DNA of 64,000 bases from Eledone cirrhosa (Eukaryota): NCBI GenBank assembly GCA_964016885.1, contig OZ024743.1:378200001-378264000 (forward strand), in the 5' to 3' direction. Below the pieces are notes generated by a model. The model was given only the letters and a program-made list of their open reading frames with translations, had not been told where the DNA came from and ran no database searches. Both the position numbers and the translations under genes were made by a program. How positions within the stretch are numbered: position 1 is the stretch's first letter; each line of letters opens with the position of its first letter. Of the stretch, positions 21,479 through 33,700 are shown piece by piece.

Positions 21479-21759
21479 GTCTACACTATCTCCACTCGTT
21501 TTCCAATCACTTTACAGTGTAGTGAGTACATTTTATTGTTGATGTCAACTCTAGTGATTGTAATATATGAAAAAAAAGAAATAATCTATCTGCTGATTAT
21601 CAAAGTATTAAAACCAACTAGCATAAGTGGTAATTAAACTGAAGTATGGACTTATAGTTGTTGTTATTGTTCAGTTCCATTTAGTCAGCCATGATTGAGT
21701 AAACAATAAAACAAGATAGTCATGGCTGGAATCCCTTTCATTATAGGTTTGTTTGATAG

Positions 21760-24700
21760 GTGTTGACATGGTGGGATTGTGGGGTTAGTGTTGACCTGGT
21801 GGGGTTGTGGGGGATAGAGCATTGACCTGGTGTGGTTGTGGGGGATAGTGTTGACCTGGTGGGGTAGTGGGGGAATGTTGACATGGTGGGATTGTGGGGT
21901 TAGTGTTGACCTGGTGGGGTTGTGGGGGATAGAGCATTCACCTGGTGGGGTTGTGGGGGATAGAGCATTGACCTGGTGTGGTTGTGGGGGATAGTGTTGA
22001 CCTGGTGGGGTTGTGGGGGAGTGTTGACCTGGTGGGATTGTGGGGTTAGTGTTGACCTGGTGGGGTTGTGGGGGATAGAGCATTGACCTGGTGTGGTTGT
22101 GCGGGATAGTGTTGACCTGGTGGGGTTGTGGGGGAGTGTTGACCTGGTGGGGTTGTGGGGGAGTGTTGACCTGGTGGGGTTGTGGGGGATAGAGCATTCA
22201 CCTGGTGGGGTTGTGGGGGAGTGTTGACCTGGTAGGGGTTATGGGGGTTAGATTGTTGACTTGGTGGGGTTGTGAGGGTTACTGTCAACTTGGTGGGGTT
22301 GTGGGGTTAGATTGTTGACTTGGTGGGGTTGTGAGGGTTACTGTCAACTTGGTGGGGTTGTGGGGGTTAGATTGTTGACTTGGTGGGGTTGTGGGGGTTA
22401 GTGTCGACTTGGTGGGGTTGTGGGGGATAGTGTTGACATGGTGGGGTTGTGGGGGATAGTGTTGACCTGGTGGGGTTGTGGGGGATTATGTCGACTTGGT
22501 GGGGTTGTGGGGGAGTGTTGACCTGGTGGGGTTGTGGTGGATACTGTTGACATGGTGGGGTTGTGAGGGATAGTATTGACATGGTGGGGGTGTGAGGGAT
22601 AGTATTGACATGGTGGCGTTGTGGGGGTTAGATTGTCGACTTGGTGGGGTTGTGGGGGTTAGTGTTGACCTGGTGGGGTTGTGGGGGTTAGTGTTGACCT
22701 GGTGGGGTTGTGGGGGTTGGTGTTGACCTGGTGGGGTTGTGGGGGTTAGTGTTGACCTGGTGGGGTTGTAGGGGTTAGTGTTGACCTGGTGGGGTTGTAG
22801 GGGTTAGTGTTGAGCTGGTGGGGTTGTGGGGGTTAGTGTTGACCTGGTGGGGTTGTGGGGGTTAGTGTTGATTTGGTGGGGTTGTGGGGGTTAGTGTTGA
22901 CTTGGTGAGGTTGTGGGGGATAGATTGTCAACTTGGTGGGGTTGTGGGGGATAGTGTTGACATGGTGGGGTTGTGGGGGATAGTGTTGACATGGTGGGGT
23001 TGTGAGGGTTAGTGTTGACATGGTGGGGTTGTGGGGGTTAGTGTTGAGCTGGAGGGGTTGTGGGGGATAGTGTTGACCTGGTGGGGTTGTGGGAGTTAGT
23101 GTTGACCTGGTGGGGTTGTGTGGGTTAGTGTTGACCTGGTGGGGTTGTGGGGGTTAGTGTTGACATGGTGGGGTTGTGAAGGTTAGTGTTGACATGGTGG
23201 GGTTGTGGGGGTTAGTGTTGACCTGGAGGGGTTGTGGGGGATAGTGTTGACCTGGTGGGGTTGTGGGAGTTAGTGTTGACATGGTGGGGTTGTGGGGGTT
23301 AGTGTTGACCTGGAGGGGTTGTGGGGGTTAGTATTGACCTGGTGGGGTTGTGGGGGATAGTGTTGACCTGGTGGGGTTGTGGGGGTTAGTGTTGACATGG
23401 TGGGGTTGTGAGGGTTAGTGTTGACATGGTGGGGTTGTGAGGGTTAGTGTTGACATGGTGGGGTTGTGAGGGTTAGTGTTGACATGGTGGGGTTGTGGGG
23501 GTTAGTGTTGACATGGTGGGGTTGTGAGGGTTAGTGTTGACATGGTGGGGTTGTGGGGGTTAGTGTTGACCTGGAGGGGTTGTGGGGGTTAGTATTGACC
23601 TGGTGGGGTTGTGAGGGTTAGTGTTGACATGGTGGGGTTGTGGGGGTTAGTGTTGACCTGGAGGGGTTGTGGGTGTTAGTATTGACCTGGTGGGGTTGTG
23701 GGGGATAGTGTTGACCTGGTGGGGTTGTGGGGGTTAGTGTTGACCTGGTGGGGTTGTGGGGGTTAGTGTTGACATGGTGGGGTTGTGAGGGTTAGTGTTG
23801 ACATGGTGGGTTTGTGGGGGTTAGTGTTGACATGGTGGGTTTGTGGGGGTTAGTGTTGACATGGTGGGGTTGTGGGGGTTAGTGTTGACATGGTAGGGTT
23901 GTGGGGGTTAGTGTTGATCTGGTGGGGTTGTGAGGGTTAGTATTGACATGGTGGGGTTGTGAGGGTTAGTGTTGACATGGTGGGGTTTAGGGTTAGTGTT
24001 GACATGGTGGGGTTGTGAGGGTTAGTGTTGACATGGTGGGGTTGTGGGGGTTAGTGTTGACATGGTGGGGTTGTGAGGGTTAGTGTTGACATGGTGGGGT
24101 TGTGAGGGTTAGTGTTGACATGGTGGGGTTGTGAGGGTTAGTGTTGACATGGTGGGGTTGTGGGGGTTAGTGTTGACATGGTGGGGTTGTGGGGGTTAGT
24201 GTTGACATGGTGGGGTTGTGGGGGTTAGTGTTGACATGGTGGGGTTGTGGGGGTTAGTGTTGACATGGTGGGGTTGTGAGGGTTAGTGTTGACATGGTGG
24301 GGTTGTGAGGGTTAGTGTTGACCTGGTGGGGTTGTGGGGGTTAGTGTTGACCTGGTGGGGTTGTGGGGGTTAGTGTTGACCTGGTGGGGTTGTGGGGGTT
24401 AGTGTTGACCTGGTGGGGTTGTGGGGGTTAGTGTTGATTTGGTGGGGTTGTGGGGGTTAGTGTTGATTTGGTGGGGTTGTGGGGGTTAGTGTTGACTTGG
24501 TGGGGTTGTGGGGGATAGATTGTCAACTTGGTGGGGTTGTGGGGGATAGTGTTGACCTGGTGGGGTTGTGGGGGTTAGTGTTGACCTGGTGGGGTTGTGG
24601 GGGTTAGTGTTGACATGGTGGGGTTGTGAGGGTTAGTGTTGACATGGTGGGGTTGTGGGGGTTAGTGTTGACCTGGAGGGGTTGTGGGGGATAGTGTTGA

Positions 24701-27700
24701 CCTGGTGGGGTTGTGGGGGTTAGAGTTGACATGGTGGGGTTGTGAGGGTTAGTGTTGACATGGTGGGGTTGTGAGGGTTAGTGTTGACATGGTGGGGTTG
24801 TGGGGGTTAGTATTCACCTGGTGGGGTTGTGGGGGTTAGTGTTGACCTGGTGGGGTTGTGGGGGTTAGTGTTGACATGGTGGGGTTGTGGGGGTTAGTGT
24901 TGACCTGGTGGGGTTGTGGGGGTTAGTGTTGACCTGGTGGGGTTGTGGTGGTTAGTGTTGACATGGTGGGGTTGTGAGGGTTAGTGTTGACATGGTGGGG
25001 TTGTGGGGGTTAGTGTTGACCTGGAGGGGTTGTGGGGGTTAGTATTGACCTGGTGGGGTTGTGGGGGATAGTGTTGACCTGGTGGGGTTGTGGGGGTTAG
25101 TGTTGACCTGGTGGGGTGGTGGGGGCTAGTGTTGACATGGTGGGGTTGTGAGGGTTAGTGTTGACATGGTGGGGTTGTGAGGGTTAGTGTTGACATGGTG
25201 GGGTTGTGGGGGTTAGTGTTGACATGGTGGGGTTGTGGGGGTTAGTGTTGACTTGGTGGGGTTGTGGGGGTTAGTGTTGACCTGGAGGGGTTGTGGGGGT
25301 TAGTATTGACCTGGTGGGGTTAGTGTTGACCTGGTGGGGTTGTGGGGGTTAGATTCTTGACTTGATGGGGTTGTGGGGGATAGTGTTGACTTGGTGGGGT
25401 TGTGGGGGATACTGTTGACTTGGTGGGTTGTGGGGGATAGAGTTGACCTGGTGGGGTTCTGGGGTCACTGTTGACTTGGGCGGTGGGATAGTGTGGACCT
25501 GGTGGGGTTGTGGGGGTTAGTGTTGACATGGTGGGGTTGTGAGGGTTAGTGTTGACATGGTGGGGTTGTGGGGGTTAGTGTTGACATGGTGGGGTTGTGG
25601 GGGTTAGTGTTGACATGGTGGGGTTGTGGGGGTTAGTGTTGACATGGTGGGATTGTGGGGGTTAGTGTTGACATGGTGGGGTTGTGGGGGTTAGTGTTGA
25701 CATGGTGGGGTTGTGGGGGTTAGTGTTGACATGGTGGGGTTGTGGGGGTTAGTGTTGACATGGTGGGGTTGTGGGGGTTAGTGTTGACATGGTGGGGTTG
25801 TGGGGGTTAGTGTTGACATGGTGGGGTTGTGAGGGTTAGTGTTGACATGGTGGGGTTGTGAGGGTTAGTGTTGACATGGTGGGGTTGTGGGGGTTAGTGT
25901 TGACATGGTGGGGTTGTGAGGGTTACTGTTGACATGGTGGGGTTGTGAGGCTTAGTGTTGACATGGTGGGGTTGTGGGGGTTAGTGTTGACATGGTGGGG
26001 TTGTGGGGGTTAGTGTTGACTTGGTGGGGTTGTGGGGGTTAGTGTTGACCTGGAGGGGTTGTGGGGGTTAGTATTGACCTGGTGGGGTTGTGGGGGTTAG
26101 ATTCTTGACTTGATGGGGTTGTGGGGGATAGTGTTGACTTGGTGGGATTGTGGGGGATACTGTTGACTTGGTGGGTTGTGGGGGATAGAGTTGACCTGGT
26201 GGGGTTCTGGGGTCACTGTTGACTTGGGCGGGGTGATAGTGTTCACATGGTAGGGTTGTGGGGGTTAGTGTTGATCTGGTGGGGTTGTGAGGGTTAGTGT
26301 TGACATGGTGGGGTTGTGAGGGTTAGTGTTGACATGGTGGGGTTGTGAGGGTTAGTGTTGACATGGTGGGGTTGTGGGGGTTAGTGTTGACATGGTGGGG
26401 TTGTGAGGGTTAGTGTTGACATGGTGGGGTTGTAGGGGAGTGTTGACCTGGTGGGGTTGTGGGGGAGTGTTGACCTGGTAGGGGTTATGGGGGTTAGATT
26501 GTTGACTTGGTGGGGTTGTGAGGGTTAGTGTCGACTTGGTGGGGTTGTGGGGGTTAGTGTCGACTTGGTGGGGTTGTGGGGTTAGATTGTTGACTTGGTG
26601 GGGTTGTGAGGGGTAGTGTCGACTTGGTGGGGTTGTGGGGGTTAGTGTTGACATGGTGGGATTGTGGGGGATACTGTTGACTTGGTGGGTTGTGGGGGAT
26701 AGATTTGACCTGGTGGGGTTCTGGGGTCACTGTTGACTTGGGCGGGGTGATAGTGTTCACATGGTGGGGTTGTGGGGGTTAGTGTTGACATGGTGGGGTT
26801 GTGGGGGTTAGTGTTGACACGGTGGGGTTGTGGGGGTTAGTGTTGACATGGTGGGGTTGTGGGGGTTAGTGTTGATCTGGTGGGGTTGTGACGGTTAGTG
26901 TTGACATGGTGGGGTTGTGAGGGATAGTGTTGACATGGTGGGGTTGTGAGGGTTAGTGTTGACATGGTGGGGTTGTGAGGGTTAGTGTTGACATGGTGGG
27001 GTTGTAGGGGAGTGTTGACCTGGTGGGGTTGTGGGGGAGTGTTGACCTGGTAGGGGTTATGGGGGTTAGATTGTTGACTTGGTGGGGTTGTGAGGGTTAG
27101 TGTCGACTTGGTGGGGTTGTGGGGGTTAGTGTCGACTTGGTGGGGTTGTGGGGTTAGATTGTTGACTTGGTGGGGTTGTGAGGGGTAGTGTCGACTTGGT
27201 GGGGTTGTGGGGGATAAGGTTGACATGGTGGGGTTGTGGGGGATAGTGTTGACCTGGTGGGGTTGTGGGGGATCATGTCGACTTGGTGGGGTTGTGGGGG
27301 ATCATGTCGACTTGGTGGGGTTGTGGGGGATAGTGTTGACATGGTGGGGTTGTGGGGGTTAGTGTTGACCTGGTGGGGTTGTGGGGGTTAGTGTTGACCT
27401 GGAGGGGATGTGTTGACCTGGTGGGGTTGTGAGGGTTAGTGTCGACATGGTGGGGTTGTGGGGGTTAGTGTTGACCTGGAGGGGTTGTGGGGGTTAGTAT
27501 TGACCTGGTGGGGTTGTGGGGGTTAGATTCTTGACTTGATGGGGTTGTGGGGGATAGTGTTGACCTGGTGGGGTTGTGGGGGATACTGTTGACTTGGTGG
27601 GTTGTGGGGGATAAAGTTGACCTGGTGGGGTTCTGGGGTCACTGTTGACTTGGGTGGGGGTATAGTGTTGACCTGGTGGGGTTGTGGGGGTTAGTGTTGA

Positions 27701-30700
27701 CATGGTGGGGTTGTGAGGGTTAGTGTTGACATGGTGGGGTTGTGGGGGTTAGTGTTGACATGGTGGAGTTGTGGGGGTTAGTGTTGACATGGTGGGGTTG
27801 TGGGGGTTAGTGTTGACATGGTGGGGTTGTGGGGGTTAGTGTTGACTTGGTGGGGTTGTGGGGGTTAGTGTTGACCTGGAGGGGTTGTGGGGGTTAGTGT
27901 TGACCTGGAGGGGTTGTGGGGGTTAGTGTTGACATGGTGGGGTTGTGAGGGTTAGTGTTGACACGGTGGGGTTGTGAGGGTTAGTGTTGACATGGTGGGG
28001 TTGTGGGGGTTAGTGTTGACATGGTGGGGTTGTGAGGGTTAGTGTTGACACGGTGGGGTTGTGAGGGTTAGTGTTGACATGGTGGGGTTGTGAGGGATGG
28101 TGTTGACATGGTGGGGTTGTGGGGGTTAGTGTTGACATGGTGGGGTTGTGGGGGTTAGTGTTGACATGGTAGGGTTGTGGGGGTTAGTGTTGACATGGTG
28201 GGGTTGTGGGGGTTAGTGTTGACATGGTGGGGTTGTGAGGGTTAGTGTTGACTTGGTGGGGTTGTGAGGGTTAGTGTTGACATGGTGGGGTTGTGAGGGT
28301 TAGTGTTGAAATGGTGGGGTTGTGAGGGTTAGTGTTGACATGGTGGGGTTGTGAGGGTTAGTGTTGACATGGTGGGGTTGTGGGGGTTAGTGTTGACATG
28401 GTGGGGTTGTGAGGGTTAGTGTTGACATGGTGGGGTTGTGGGGGTTAGTGTTGACCTGGTGGGGTTGTGGGGGTTAGTATTGACCTGGTGGGGTTAGTGT
28501 TGACCTGGTGGGGTTGTGGGGGTTAGATTCTTGACTTGATGGGGTTGTGGGGGATAGTGTTGACTTGGTGGGGTTGTGGGGGATACTGTTGACTTGGTGG
28601 GTTGTGGGGGATAGAGTTGACCTGGTGGGGTTCTGGGGTCACTGTTGACTTGGGCGGTGGGATAGTGTGGACCTGGTGGGGTTGTGGGGGTTAGTGTTGA
28701 CATGGTGGGGTTGTGAGGGTTAGTGTTGACATGGTGGGGTTGTGGGGGTTAGTGTTGACATGGTGGGGTTGTGGGGGTTAGTGTTGACATGGTGGGGTTG
28801 TGGGGGTTAGTGTTGACATGGTGGGGTTGTGGGGGTTAGTGTTGACATGGTGGGGTTGTGGGGGTTCGTGTTGACATGGTGGGGTTGTGAGGGTTAGTGT
28901 TGACATGGTGGGGTTGTGAGGGTTAGTGTTGACATGGTGGGGTTGTGGGGGTTAGTGTTGACATGGTGGGGTTGTGAGGGTTAGTGTTGACATGGTGGGG
29001 TTGTGAGGGTTAGTGTTGACATGGTGGGGTTGTGGGGGTTAGTGTTGACATGGTGGGGTTGTGGGGGTTAGTGTTGACTTGGTGGGGTTGTGGGGGTTAG
29101 TGTTGACCTGGAGGGGTTGTGGGGGTTAGTATTGACCTGGTGGGGTTGTGGGGGTTAGATTCTTGACTTGATGGGGTTGTGGGGGATAGTGTTGACTTGG
29201 TGGGATTGTGGGGGATACTGTTAACTTGGTGGGTTGTGGGGGATAGAGTTGACCTGGTGGGGTTCTGGGGTCAGTTGACTTGGGCGGGGTGATAGTGTTC
29301 ACATGGTAGGGTTGTGGGGGTTAGTGTTGATCTGGTGGGGTTGTGAGGGTTAGTGTTGACATGGTGGGGTTGTGAGGGTTAGTGTTGACATGGTGGGGTT
29401 GTGGGGGTTAGTGTTGACATGGTGGGGTTGTGGGGGTTAGTGTTGACATGGTGGGGTTGTGAGGGTTAGTGTTGACATGGTGGGGTTGTAGGGGAGTGTT
29501 GACCTGGTGGGGTTGTGGGGGAGTGTTGACCTGGTAGGGGTTATGGGGGTTAGATTGTTGACTTGGTGGGGTTGTGAGGGTTAGTGTCGACTTGGTGGGG
29601 TTGTGGGGGTTAGTGTCGACTTGGTGGGGTTGTGGGGTTAGATTGTTGACTTGGTGGGGTTGTGAGGGGTAGTGTCGACTTGGTGGGGTTGTGGGGGTTA
29701 GTGTTGACATGGTGGGATTGTGGGGGATACTGTTGACTTGGTGGGTTGTGGGGGATAGATTTGACCTGGTGGGGTTCTGGGGTCACTGTTGACTTGGGCG
29801 GGGTGATAGTGTTCACATGGTGGGGTTGTGGGGGTTAGTGTTGACATGGTGGGGTTGTGGGGGTTAGTGTTGACATGGTGGGGTTGTGGGGGTTAGTGTT
29901 GACATGGTGGGGTTGTGGGGGTTAGTGTTGATCTGGTGGGGTTGTGAGGGTTAGTGTTGACATGGTGGGGTTGTGAGGGTTAGTGTTGACATGGTGGGGT
30001 TGTGAGGGTTAGTGTTGACATGGTGGGGTTGTGGGGGTTAGTGTTGACATGGTGGGGTTGTGAGGGTTAGTGTTGACATGGTGGGGTTGTAGGGGAGTGT
30101 TGACCTGGTGGGGTTGTGGGGGAGTGTTGACCTGGTAGGGGTTATGGGGGTTAGATTGTTGACTTGGTGGGGTTGTGAGGGTTAGTGTCGACTTGGTGGG
30201 GTTGTGGGGGTTAGTGTCGACTTGGTGGGGTTGTGGGGTTAGATTGTTGACTTGGTGGGGTTGTGAGGGGTAGTGTCGACTTGGTGGGGTTGTGGGGGTT
30301 AGTGTCGACTTGGTGGGGTTGTGGGGGATAAGGTTGACATGGTGGGGTTGTGGGGGATAGTGTTGACCTGGTGGGGTTGTGGGGGATCATGTCGACTTGG
30401 TGGGGTTGTGGGGGATAATGTTGACATGGTGGGGTTGTGGGGGTTAGTGTTGACCTGGTGGGGTTGTGGGGGTTAGTGTTGACCTGGAAGGGTTGTGGGG
30501 GTTAGTGTTGACCTGGTGGGGTTGTGAGGGTTAGTGTCGACATGGTGGGGTTGTGGGGGTTAGTGTTGACCTGGAGGGGTTGTGGGGGTTAGTATTGACC
30601 TGGTGGGGTTGTGGGGGTTAGATTCTTGACTTGATGGGGTTGTGGGGGATAGTGTTGACCTGGTGGGGTTGTGGGGGATACTGTTGACTTGGTGGGTTGT

Positions 30701-33700
30701 GGGGGATAAAGTTGACCTGGTGGGGTTCTGGGGTCACTGTTGACTTGGGTGGGGGGATAGTGTTGACCTGGTGGGGTTGTGGGGGTTAGTGTTGACATGG
30801 TGGGGTTGTGAGGGTTAGTGTTGACATGGTGGGGTTGTGGGGGTTAGTGTTGACATGGTGGGGTTGTGGGGGTTAGTGTTGACATGGTGGGGTTGTGGGG
30901 GTTAGTGTTGACATGGTAGGGTTGTGGGGGTTAGTGTTGACATGGTGGGGTTGTGGGGGTTAGTGTTGACATGGTGGGGTTGTGAGGGTTAGTGTTGACA
31001 TGGTGGGGTTGTGAGGGTTAGTGTTGACATGGTGGGGTTGTGGGGGTTAGTGTTGACATGGTGGGGTTGTGAGGGTTAGTGTTGACATGGTGGGGTTGTG
31101 GGGGTTAGTGTTGACATGGTGGGGTTGTGGGGGTTAGTGTTGACATGGTGGAGTTGTAGGGGTTAGTGTTGACATGGTGGGGTTGTGGGGTTTAGTGTTG
31201 ACATGGTGGGGTTGTGGGGGTTAGTGTTGACATGGTGGGGTTGTGAGGGTTAGTGTTGATCTGGTGGGGTTGTGAGGGTTAGTGTTGACATGGTGGGGTT
31301 GTGGGGGTTAGTGTTGACATGGTGGGGTTGTGAGGGTTAGTGTTGACACGGTGGGGTTGTGAGGGTTAGTGTTGACATGGTGGGGTTGTGAGGGTTAGTG
31401 TTGACATGGTGGGGTTGTGGGGGTTAGTGTTGACATGGTGGGGTTGTGGGGGTTAGTGTTGACATGGTAGGGTTGTGGGGGTTAGTGTTGACATGGTGGG
31501 GTTGTGGGGGTTAGTGTTGACATGGTGGGGTTGTGAGGGTTAGTGTTGACATGGTGGGGTTGTGAGGGTTAGTGTTGACATGGTGGGGTTGTGGGGGTTA
31601 GTGTTGACATGGTGGAGTTGTGGGGGTTAGTGTTGAATTGGTGGGGTTGTGAGGGTTAGTGTTGACCTGGAGGGGTTGTGGGGGTTAGTATTGACCTGGT
31701 GGGGTTAGTGTTGACCTGGTGGGGTTGTGGGGGTTAGATTCTTGACTTGATGGGGTTGTGGGGGATAGTGTTGACTTGGTGGGGTTGTGGGGGATACTGT
31801 TGACTTGGTGGGTTGTGGGGGATACAGTTGACCTGGTGGGGTTCTGGGGACACTGTTGACTTGGGCAGGGGGATAGTGTTGACCTGGTGGGGTTGTGAGG
31901 GTTAGTGTTGACATGGTGGGGTTGAGGGGGTTAGTGTTGATCTGGTGGGGTTGTGAGGGTTAGTGTTGACATGGTGGGGTTGTGAGGGTTAGTGTTGACA
32001 TGGTGGGGTTGTGAGGGTTAGTGTTGACATGGTGGGGTTGTGAGGGTTAGTGTTGACATGGTGGGGTTGTGAGGGTTAGTGTTGACATGGTGGGGTTGTG
32101 GGGGTTAGTGTTGACATGGTGGGGTGTGGGGGTTAGTGTTGACATTGTGGGGTTGTGAGGGTTACTGTTGACATGGTGGGGTTGTGAGGGTTAGTGTTGA
32201 TCTGGTGGGGTTGTGAGGGTTAGTGTTGACATGGTGGGGTTGTGGGGGTTAGTGTTGACATGGTGGGGTTGTGAGGATTAGTGTTGACATGGTGGGGTTG
32301 TGGGGGTTAGTGTTGACATGGTGGGGTTGTGAGGGTTAGTGTTGACATGGTGGGGTTGTGAGGGTTAGTGTTGATCTGGTGGGGTTGTGAGGGTTAGTGT
32401 TGACATGGTGGGGTTGTGGGGGTTAGTGTTGACATGGTGGGGTTGTGGGGGTTAGTGTCGACATGGTGGGGTTGTAGGGGAGTGTTGACCTGGTGGGGTT
32501 GTGGGGGAGTGTTGACCTGGTAGGGGTTATGGGGGTTAGATTGTTGACTTGGTGGGGTTGTGAGGGTTAGTGTCGACTTGGTGGGGTTGTGGGGGTTAGT
32601 GTCGACTTGGTGGGGTTGTGGGGTTAGATTGTTGACTTGGTGGGGTTGTGAGGGGTAGTGTCGACTTGGTGGGGTTGTGGGGGTTAGTGTTGACATGGTG
32701 GGATTGTGGGGGATACTGTTGACTTGGTGGGTTGTGGGGGATAGATTTGACCTGGTGGGGTTCTGGGGTCACTGTTGACTTGGGCGGGGTGATAGTGTTC
32801 ACATGGTGGGGTTGTGGGGGTTAGTGTTGACATGGTGGGGTTGTGGGGGTTAGTGTTGACATGGTGGGGTTGTGGGGGTTAGTGTTGACATGGTGGGGTT
32901 GTGGGGGTTAGTGTTGATCTGGTGGGGTTGTGAGGGTTAGTGTTGACATGGTGGGGTTGTGAGGGTTAGTGTTGACATGGTGGGGTTGTGAGGGATAGTG
33001 TTGACATGGTGGGGTTGTGGGGGTTAGTGTTGACATGGTGGGGTTGTGAGGGTTAGTGTTGACATGGTGGGGTTGTAGGGGAGTGTTGACCTGGTGGGGT
33101 TGTGGGGGAGTGTTGACCTGGTAGGGGTTATGGGGGTTAGATTGTTGACTTGGTGGGGTTGTGAGGGTTAGTGTCGACTTGGTGGGGTTGTGGGGGTTAG
33201 TGTCGACTTGGTGGGGTTGTGGGGTTAGATTGTTGACTTGGTGGGGTTGTGAGGGGTAGTGTCGACTTGGTGGGGTTGTGGGGGTTAGTGTCGACTTGGT
33301 GGGGTTGTGGGGGATAAGGTTGACATGGTGGGGTTGTGGGGGATAGTGTTGACCTGTTGGGGTTGTGGGGGATCATGTCGACTTGGTGGGGTTGTGGGGG
33401 ATAATGTTGACATGGTGGGGTTGTGGGGGTTAGTGTTGACCTGTTGGGGTTGTGGGGGTTAGTGTTGACCTGGAGGGGTTGTGGGGGTTAGTGTTGACCT
33501 GGTGGGGTTGTGAGGGTTAGTGTCGACATGGTGGGGTTGTGGGGGTTAGTGTTGACCTGGAGGGGTTGTGGGGGTTAGTATTGACCTGGTGGGGTTGTGG
33601 GGGTTAGATTCTTGACTTGATGGGGTTGTGGGGGATAGTGTTGACCTGGTGGGGTTGTGGGGGATACTGTTGACTTGGTGGGTTGTGGGGGATAAAGTTG

